From contig CAVQAJ010000011.1 in NCBI GenBank assembly GCA_963710545.1, positions 203,113 to 267,112 on the forward strand: DNA of 64,000 nucleotides. The letters are read 5' to 3'. The position numbers and the translations under genes were made by a program. Below the pieces are notes generated by a model that worked only from the letters and a program-made list of their open reading frames with translations, searched no databases and was not told where the DNA came from. Source of the stretch: an uncultured Acidobacteriaceae bacterium. Its GTDB lineage: Bacteria; Acidobacteriota; Terriglobia; Terriglobales; Acidobacteriaceae. Within the stretch, counting starts at the first letter, position 1. Each line of letters begins with the position of its first letter. Shown here piece by piece: positions 46,872 through 53,112 of the stretch.

Positions 46872-47063
46872 TCAAAGTTCAGTCTCTGGCTCGACTTCTT
46901 CAGCCGGGTCAAGAGCCGCGCCGGTAGGCGGTTTCGGGATAGGGCCGGCGTTGGGATTGCTGTTCAGGTGTGACCGCCGCAGCCAGATGTGACGCGCCAC
47001 GCCCGCCGCGGCCGCGAGCAGGGCCGCAAGAGAGACGAGGAGGGCAATCATCATCCAAAGCAT
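46872..47063 (-). CDS. Small hypothetical single-pass membrane protein
   Basis: MLWMMIALLVSLAALLAAAAGVARHIW... lies between cutA and bioY on the same strand. No family is recognised. Confidence 0.35.
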   Translation of the reverse strand: MLWMMIALLVSLAALLAAAAGVARHIWLRRSHLNSNPNAGPIPKPPTGAALDPAEEVEPETEL

Positions 47064-47114
47064 GGCGACAAACCAGGCTCAGAATACCAGACGGGGCGGT
47101 TCGAGGAGGGGGCT

Positions 47115-47449
47115 TCAGGGCTGGCGCAGGCTGGCCGTGAGCCAGTCGAGATAGGGGTGGCTGACCCCCTCGACGTCAAGCACCAGAAACTCGGGGGTCT
47201 GGTAGCTGTGCAGGGCGAGCAGGCGGGCTTCCAGGGCGGGGAGTTGGTCGGGGGCGGTCTTGAGCAGGAGCAGGGTCTCCGTGGAGGTCTCGATTTGCCC
47301 TCCCAGTGGTAGAAGGACTGGACGGCCGGGATCAGCGTGGCGCAGGCGGCCAGGCGCTCCTCAACCAGCGTGCGGGCCAGGCGGGAGGCTTCGCCGGGGC
47401 TGGCCGCGGTGGTCAGGACGATGCGGACGGGTGGGGTGGCGTCGGGCAT
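47115..47449 (-). pseudogene. cutA: Divalent-cation tolerance protein CutA with a 1-nt frameshift in an A/T homopolymer (47294-47296); either a pseudogene or a sequencing error
   Basis: Frame 1 reads VRIVLTTAASPGEASRLARTLVEERLAACATLIPAVQSFYHWEGK. Adding one A to GGCAAATCGAG restores IETSTETLLLLKTAPDQLPALEARLLALHSYQTPEFLVLDVEGVSHPYLDWLTASLRQP*, the canonical CutA C-terminal half, with a stop at 47115-47117. Confidence 0.85.
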
Positions 47450-47501
47450 AGGAGGCTTCCACGGCCAGTGTACAAGGATAATCGCCGCAAGCCGAAGGCA
47501 G

Positions 47502-47798
47502 TCAAAGAGCGGCTCTGATGATCTTCCGGTAGCCTTCCAGCACGGCCTTGCCGCGTTCCGTTAGGCGGCAAACCGTGAGCGGGTATTTGCCGCGAAAGGT
47601 CTTCTCGATGGCCACATAGCCCGCCTCCTCCAGCTTCGACAAGTGAGCGGATAGATTGCCCTGGGTAAGTCCCGTCGTCTGCCGCAGGTACTGGAAGTCG
47701 GCTTCGACGACCGCGGCCAGCAGTGCCACGATCATCAGCCGCGCCGGCTCGTGGATGATGCGATCGATCTCCGCCAGCCGCTGAATCTTCGCGCTCAT
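47502..47798 (-). CDS. Winged-helix (ArsR/MarR-like) transcriptional regulator
   Basis: MSAKIQRLAEIDRIIHEPARLMIVALLAAVVEADFQYLRQTTGLTQGNLSAHLSKLEEAGYVAIEKTFRGKYPLTVCRLTERG. It starts 1 nt after the stop of the upstream membrane-protein gene. Confidence 0.8.
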   Translation of the reverse strand: MSAKIQRLAEIDRIIHEPARLMIVALLAAVVEADFQYLRQTTGLTQGNLSAHLSKLEEAGYVAIEKTFRGKYPLTVCRLTERGKAVLEGYRKIIRAAL

Positions 47799-47799
47799 C

Positions 47800-48438
47800 T
47801 CATTCCCCTGCCGCGGCGGGTTTGCGCATGAAGAGCAGGAATACCACGCAGCCGGAGACAAGAGACAGCAGGCCCATGGAACCGAACAGGATGGTAAAAC
47901 CCGTTCCGAGCGGGACCCGGATGAGGACCAGGAAGATGCCCGTGGCCGCCATCAGCACGCCCCCGATGACGAAGCGGGGCAACCGGCCAGCCATAACCGC
48001 CAAGATTCCACCGGATATTCCGGCCGTGGCGAGCAGCCAACTCGCAGGCGGCAGCGATTTGGCCGCGATCGCAAATGCCATGGCGAAAGCTACAAGAAAA
48101 GCGACGCCGAAGGCGGCCCAGAAACGCTTTCGGTTGACCGGCTTGTATTCCACGTACCCGAATCGCTCGATAAGGAACTTTCCGCGCACTGTCTTGATCG
48201 CCCATTGCGATCCGAGAATCAAAGCTGGAACCAGAATCCCAAGGCCCAAGGGGGCTACCTTGTACTCCGGCGATCCCACCGGGAACGCCACTTGAAGCCA
48301 CTGCAGGGCGGCGGCAGTGAGAAGGATCAACCCGATGGCAATTTCCGGCAGTCCGTCCTGGTTGTGCGCCTTCTGAATCAAGCGGCAGGCGATGGCATTG
48401 GGAGTTTCTTCAAGAAGACGGGAGGATGTGTGGTTCAT
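47800..48438 (-). CDS. Hypothetical polytopic membrane protein co-transcribed with the wHTH regulator
   Basis: The ATG at 48438 (MNHTSSRLLEE...) is preceded by GGAG 8 nt upstream. Five to six hydrophobic helices. Confidence 0.65.
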   Translation of the reverse strand: MNHTSSRLLEETPNAIACRLIQKAHNQDGLPEIAIGLILLTAAALQWLQVAFPVGSPEYKVAPLGLGILVPALILGSQWAIKTVRGKFLIERFGYVEYKPVNRKRFWAAFGVAFLVAFAMAFAIAAKSLPPASWLLATAGISGGILAVMAGRLPRFVIGGVLMAATGIFLVLIRVPLGTGFTILFGSMGLLSLVSGCVVFLLFMRKPAAAGE

Positions 48439-48450
48439 CTTTCTTCTCCA

Positions 48451-48480
48451 CAAACTAGTTTGCAATGCAAACTAGATTTG
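48451..48480. promoter_or_regulatory. Candidate operator: a perfect 12-bp palindrome plus an imperfect direct copy
   Basis: CAAACTAGTTTG (48451-48462), then CAATG, then CAAACTAGATTTG (48468-48480). It lies 13-40 nt upstream of the membrane-protein/wHTH operon start. Confidence 0.4.
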
Positions 48481-48708
48481 AAGAGAATGATGCGCTCATT
48501 GCCTGCGCTTGTCAAGCCCCTTTTTTGAAGATTTGCCTTTGCCCGCCCTTTCGCATGGGACGACGGCGAGAGGTTGGGGCAGGGGTCTTGTGCGCTGGAG
48601 CGAGCCCCGCATTGCTGAACGTGCGCATAAGCGTCTTGCCGAGCGGGGCTGAGTAAGGCAGTATGGTCTTTGCAGTCCGCTCCGGCGGGCGCAGGTGGAG
48701 AGACGACG

Positions 48709-50115
48709 ATGACGACAGCGATCAAGTTTGGCACCTCCGGGTGGAGGGCGATTGTGGCGGACGAGTTTACGGTGGCCAACATCCGGCTGGCGGTGGCTGG
48801 AATTGCCGCCTATGTGAAGACACAGCCTGAGCCGCACCGGGTGCTCATCGGGCGCGACCCGCGCTTCCTGGGCGAGATGTTTGTTGACATTGCAGCCAGA
48901 GTGCTGGCCGGAGCCGGAGTCACGCCGATCGTGATTCCAGAGTCCGCGCCGACGCCGGCGATCGCCTACGCGGTGCGCGCGCTGAAGACCTCCGGCGCGA
49001 TCAACTTTACCGCCTCGCACAATCCACCGGAGTACAACGGCATCAAGTTCTCGACCCACGACGGGGCGCCGGCGCTGCCGGAGGTGACGAAGCAGATTGA
49101 GGCGGCCATCGCGGCGCTTGGCGGTGGCGAGCGGATTCCCAGCGTGGGTGCCCCGGCGGGCGGATTTGAGACCGCCGACGTGAAGCCGGCCTTCCTCAAG
49201 CGGCTTGAAGAGCTGGTTGACCTGAAGGCCATCGCCAAGTCGGGCATCAAGGTGGTCTACGATCCCTTCTGGGGCGCGGGCCGCGGCTACTCGTCCGACC
49301 TGCTGCGGGAGGCGGGGGTGGCTGTCGAGACGGTCCACGACTACCGCGATGTTCTCTTTGGCGGCCACGCGCCCGAGCCGGACGACCACCTGCTGGGCGA
49401 CGCCAAGGCCAAGATGCGCCAGATTGGCGCGGCGCTGGGGATTGCGACGGACGGCGACGCGGACCGCTTCGGCATCGTCGACGGCGACGGCACGTTCATC
49501 CAGCCCAACTACATCATCGCGCTGCTGTTCGACTACCTGGTGGAGACGCGCGGCTGGAAGAACGGCGTGGCCAAGTCCGTAGCCACCACCAACCTGGTCA
49601 ATGCGCTGGCCGACTATCACAAGGTTCCACTCTACGAGACGCCGGTGGGATTCAAGTACATTGGCGAGCTGATTATTGCCGACAAGATCGCCATCGGGGG
49701 CGAGGAGTCGGCGGGGCTTACCATTCGCGGCCACGTGCCTGAGAAGGACGGCGTGATTGCGGGGCTGCTGGTCGCGGAGATGGTAGCCGTGCGCGGCAAG
49801 AGCCTGGGCGTGCAACTCAACGAGCTGTTTGCCAAGGTTGGTTCCTACTACCCGGTTCGGGAGAACTTCCGCTTGACCCCGGAGGTGAAGGCCGCGTTCA
49901 CTGAAAAGATGAAGGCCGATCCCACCGAGTTGGGTGGGCGCAAGGTCAGCCAGGTGGTCCGCACCGACGGACTGAAGCTGATTCTCGAAGACGGCTCATG
50001 GGTCTGCTACCGCCTCAGCGGCACAGAGCCGGTGGTGCGCGCCTACAGCGAAGCGCGCAGCGAACAGGACATGGAAGCCCTGAAGGCGGCGGCGGAGAAG
50101 TTTGTGCTGTCGTAG
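48709..50115 (+). CDS. Alpha-D-phosphohexomutase (phosphoglucomutase/phosphomannomutase family)
   Basis: MTTAIKFGTSGWRAIV..., active-site loop TASHNPPEYNGIKF, metal loop GIATDGDADRFGIVD, and GGEESAG. Confidence 0.9.
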   Translation: MTTAIKFGTSGWRAIVADEFTVANIRLAVAGIAAYVKTQPEPHRVLIGRDPRFLGEMFVDIAARVLAGAGVTPIVIPESAPTPAIAYAVRALKTSGAINFTASHNPPEYNGIKFSTHDGAPALPEVTKQIEAAIAALGGGERIPSVGAPAGGFETADVKPAFLKRLEELVDLKAIAKSGIKVVYDPFWGAGRGYSSDLLREAGVAVETVHDYRDVLFGGHAPEPDDHLLGDAKAKMRQIGAALGIATDGDADRFGIVDGDGTFIQPNYIIALLFDYLVETRGWKNGVAKSVATTNLVNALADYHKVPLYETPVGFKYIGELIIADKIAIGGEESAGLTIRGHVPEKDGVIAGLLVAEMVAVRGKSLGVQLNELFAKVGSYYPVRENFRLTPEVKAAFTEKMKADPTELGGRKVSQVVRTDGLKLILEDGSWVCYRLSGTEPVVRAYSEARSEQDMEALKAAAEKFVLS

Positions 50116-50120
50116 AAGCA

Positions 50121-50151
50121 GGGATTAGGGATTAGGGATTAGGGATTAGGG
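50121..50151 (+). repeat. (GGGATTA)4GGG heptamer tract, a canonical G-quadruplex motif on the plus strand
   Basis: GGG runs at 50121, 50128, 50135, 50142 and 50149. The tract begins 5 nt after the TAG (50113-50115) of the phosphohexomutase gene. Confidence 0.92.
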
Positions 50152-50192
50152 CACGGCAAGGGCCGCGTCCTTTCCGGGCAGATTGAGGCGGA

Positions 50193-50591
50193 ATGGCGGA
50201 CGCGCAAGGCGAGGTTGAAAAGAAGACGGCGGGCACAGCGAATGCACCGCTCGGCGCGCGGGCGCTGAAGTTTTGGCAGCGGGCGTGGCGTCCGGCGGGC
50301 ACAGCGGTGGCCGTGGGCCTGGCGCTGCTGGTGATGACACACGTGGTGAACGGCAAGAACGGGCTGACGGTCTGGCACCAGAAGCGCGCCGAGGATAAGC
50401 AACTGCAGCAGGAGATCATGCAATTGGAGCAGGAAAACGCCGCACTGCGCGCATACGTGGAGCGGCTCAAGTCCGACCCCGACGCCATCGAGCACGAAGC
50501 GCGGGAGAAACTGCATTACGCCAAGCCCAACGAGGTGATTGTCGCCCTGCCCCCGCAGCAGCAGGACCAGGCGCAGCCGGCGGGCAAGTAG
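50193..50591 (+). CDS. ftsB: Septum formation initiator family protein (FtsB/DivIC-like)
   Basis: A single TM segment (AVGLALLVMTHVV) is followed by the coiled coil KRAEDKQLQQEIMQLEQENAALRAYVERLKSDPDAIEHEAREKLHYAKPNEVIV. Confidence 0.8.
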   Translation: MADAQGEVEKKTAGTANAPLGARALKFWQRAWRPAGTAVAVGLALLVMTHVVNGKNGLTVWHQKRAEDKQLQQEIMQLEQENAALRAYVERLKSDPDAIEHEAREKLHYAKPNEVIVALPPQQQDQAQPAGK

Positions 50592-50614
50592 GCGAGTCAG
50601 CTGGGCAGCTTTCC

Positions 50615-50700
50615 AGGACTCAAAATCGAGATCCTCTTCGACAGGCTCAGCGCTGGCTCTTGACAAGCTCAGGACAGGCTCTGGGGCACCCGGGGTTCGC
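50615..50700. repeat. Family C repeat, long version
   Basis: GGACTCAAAATCGAGATCC...GACAAGCTCAGGACAGGCTCTGGGGCACCCGGGG. Confidence 0.6.
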
Positions 50701-50753
50701 TAGTCCCTATCCCTTATTCCTTATTCCCTATTCCCTAGTCCCTAGTCCCTGCC
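50701..50753 (-). repeat. GGGAnnA heptamer tract (G-quadruplex motif) on the minus strand
   Basis: The minus strand reads GGCAGGGACTAGGGACTAGGGAATAGGGAATAAGGAATAAGGGATAGGGACTA. It starts 4 nt after the TGA (50754-50756) of the OprB-like porin gene. Confidence 0.9.
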
Positions 50754-52370
50754 TCAAAAATCCACGTGTGCCCGCACCGAGCCCACCCATGCCGGCCCGC
50801 GGTCGCGGTTGTAGCCGGGATCGGCGATGTGCTGCACGTCGAGCGAATAAAACAGGCCGCGCCAGAAGTGCCAGGCGTAATAGCTCTCGACAATGTTCTC
50901 GCGGCCGTAGTTGAGGTTGCCGTCGCCGAGCAGGAAGCCGAGGCCGCCCAATTTCAGGTAGTTCTGGTGGTCCCTTTTGATAGCGTTCGAGACGAAGGCG
51001 AGGCCGACCTTGTCGACAGGGCGATGCCAGCGGGTTCCGGCATAGTCGGCGCCCAGTTCGACCGTTTGATCGACCTCCGTGTATGCGAAGGACTCGTGCT
51101 GACCCTCGTTCCAGCCGAAGCGGCCAAAGACGCGCAGGTTCTCCGTAATCTCCTGCTCGGTGTTGTAGCCGAGGCCGTATTTGAGCGCGCTGAAGTGCTC
51201 GTGAAGAGTGATGGCGGGAACAGTCACTCCAAACTTCGCCGTGTCTGAGCCGTCTAGGAAGTCTTGGACGGCCTCGCGATAGGTGCCCATGTGGGCGCGG
51301 TTGGCGTAGAACAGGACCCGCGTGACGCCCTTGCGCTCTTTGACGAGGCTGTGACGGAGTTCGAACTCGGCGTTCTGGCCGTGGGCGCGGCTGAAGGCCC
51401 AGTCCAGATCGATGCCGTTGGCGACGACGGGCATGGCGAAGAGGCCGTAACGGATGGACCAGGCGCGGTCGTCGTACTCGGCCAGGCCGCCGACGGTGTA
51501 GCCGCGGGTGTCGGCGGCGTAGTCCCAGGCGCCGTTGTTGTCCACCGTCCAGTTCATGAACTGCAGGTGCGAGTCGGAGCCGGGGCCGTTGATGTCGAAG
51601 AAGTCGGGCAGGGTGAGTTTGCCGGCGCGGAACTCGAGGCGGCGCAGCGGCACGCTGGGCGCCAGGGCGAAGAATCCCGGCTGCTGGCTGGTTGTCTTGT
51701 TGGTGAAACCGAAGACCTGGTGAATCTGGTAGCGCGCGATGTAAGGGGGCTTGCCCAGGTTGGGGTTGCGCACCACGTCGAGATTGGTGAAGCCGGCCAG
51801 GCCGAAAGCCTCGCTCAACCCGCGGCCCTCGGCGGCTTCGAGGTCGAAGATCACATCGGTGTTGTAGCGGATGGAGTGGTTGGGCCGCAGCGCGGTGTAG
51901 AGCGTGCCCACCATGGAGGCCTTGTACTCGCCCCTGGGAATGAAGCTGTTGGTTCCCTGGTAAGGGGAGTGAAAGGGCAGATCGCCCTGGAAGATGATGT
52001 TGGCCTGGCCGGAGATCCACCAAAGCTGGTTTTCGGGGTGGGGGAACATGGAGACGATGGGGGCATCGTTCGGCTCGTGGCCGACGGGGCTCATGTCTGT
52101 GGACTTCTTGCCGATTCCGCCGCGCTGCGAGTCTTCGGCAAGGGGCGACGGGGCGGACTGGGCAAGTTGAGTCAGCTCGGTCGATGGCGGCAGCTTGGGT
52201 TGGGGCGCGGCGGGCACATGATCGGACTGCTGGGCGGCGGAGGCGAGGGGCATGGCCGTTGCGAGAACCGTTGCCAGGATCGTTGCCCGGGCCAGGACGG
52301 CGCGCGCGGCGCCTGTGTAGGGGAAAGTTGTGCGGGGCGGATTCGCTGGGCGGCCGGGAGGGCGAAGCAT
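50754..52370 (-). CDS. Carbohydrate-selective porin (OprB family)
   Basis: ...PPYIARYQIHQVFGF..., ...FRAGKLTLPDFFDINGPGSDSHLQFMNWTVDNNGAWDYAADTRGYTVGG..., C-terminal ...GSVRAHVDF. The start is uncertain (ATG at 52370 chosen; GTG at 52442 in the ORF track). Confidence 0.8.
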   Translation of the reverse strand: MLRPPGRPANPPRTTFPYTGAARAVLARATILATVLATAMPLASAAQQSDHVPAAPQPKLPPSTELTQLAQSAPSPLAEDSQRGGIGKKSTDMSPVGHEPNDAPIVSMFPHPENQLWWISGQANIIFQGDLPFHSPYQGTNSFIPRGEYKASMVGTLYTALRPNHSIRYNTDVIFDLEAAEGRGLSEAFGLAGFTNLDVVRNPNLGKPPYIARYQIHQVFGFTNKTTSQQPGFFALAPSVPLRRLEFRAGKLTLPDFFDINGPGSDSHLQFMNWTVDNNGAWDYAADTRGYTVGGLAEYDDRAWSIRYGLFAMPVVANGIDLDWAFSRAHGQNAEFELRHSLVKERKGVTRVLFYANRAHMGTYREAVQDFLDGSDTAKFGVTVPAITLHEHFSALKYGLGYNTEQEITENLRVFGRFGWNEGQHESFAYTEVDQTVELGADYAGTRWHRPVDKVGLAFVSNAIKRDHQNYLKLGGLGFLLGDGNLNYGRENIVESYYAWHFWRGLFYSLDVQHIADPGYNRDRGPAWVGSVRAHVDF

Positions 52371-52449
52371 TGGAGAGCCTTGGGAAGGAAGTGCGGAGCG
52401 CGGGGAGGCGCGCATAGAATGGGTGTGAAACGATACCCCCACTCCCTAG

Positions 52450-52471
52450 ATACCATACCGGGGGTTGGTAT
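52450..52471. promoter_or_regulatory. Candidate CsoR/RcnR-type operator (AT-rich inverted repeat flanking a G tract)
   Basis: ATACC-ATACCGGGGGTT-GGTAT lies 20 nt upstream of the repressor ATG. This is the same architecture as published CsoR/RcnR sites (TACC..G-tract..GGTA). Confidence 0.45.
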
Positions 52472-52490
52472 TGTCAAGAGGAGGTGGACC

Positions 52491-52763
52491 ATGTCTCACG
52501 CGGAACGCGAAAAGATGAAGCTGCTGCAACGGCTGCGCAAGCTGCGCGGGCAACTGGACGCGGTGGAGCGGTCGCTGGCCGCCGACGAGGATTGCGGCGG
52601 GCAACTGATGCTGCTGGCGGCGGTGCGCGGCGGCGTGAACGGGCTGATGGGCGAGGTGCTGGAGACGCATATCCGCTTTCACCTGGTGGATGGAGCCAAG
52701 GAACAGATTGCCCCGGAGCTGGCCGAGGATCTGATCGATCTCGTGCGCGCGTACCTGAAGTAA
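52491..52763 (+). CDS. CsoR/RcnR/FrmR-family (DUF156) metal- or aldehyde-sensing transcriptional repressor
   Basis: AGGAGG lies 8 nt upstream. MSHAEREKMKLLQRLRKLRGQLDAVERSLAADEDCGGQLMLLAAVRGGVNGLMGEVLETHIRFHL has the conserved C and H ligand positions. It is hidden at the end of a long antisense ORF in the track. Confidence 0.88.
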   Translation: MSHAEREKMKLLQRLRKLRGQLDAVERSLAADEDCGGQLMLLAAVRGGVNGLMGEVLETHIRFHLVDGAKEQIAPELAEDLIDLVRAYLK

Positions 52764-52764
52764 A

Positions 52765-52792
52765 GACAGTGGTCAGTGGTCAGTTGTCAGTC
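52765..52792 (+). repeat. GTCAGTN heptamer tandem tract directly after the repressor stop codon
   Basis: TAA-A-GACAGTG GTCAGTG GTCAGTT GTCAGTC. Confidence 0.8.
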
Positions 52793-53112
52793 TCCAGCAG
52801 CGCCAGGTCTTCGAGACAGCCCCGTGCCGCAGGACGGTGCCTGGCTATGGTAGCGGGCGGAGGGGGCGGGGATTGTTAAGGTTTGGTTGATTCGGGCGGG
52901 CCAGGCCGGTGGGCCGGCTGCTCCAATCGCGCTGCCGATTTCAGGCTGCCGCAGAGCTCCACGCCGGCGCCGATTGGGCGATCTCATTGACCTCAATTCC
53001 GGTTTCTACAATTCCTGCATACGAATAGCGCGATTTGGATTATGATTCGGACTCATCGTGTTCCCGGCTCTGAAAAGCAACTTATGCGGCCGGAACCAGA
53101 AAGAGGCGAATT

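Noticed and set aside
50121-50151. Telomere-like (TTAGGGA)n repeat as evidence of a linear replicon end or eukaryotic contamination.
   Set aside because: There are only 4.5 units, embedded between ordinary bacterial genes, and similar heptamer tracts with other sequences occur at other gene ends.
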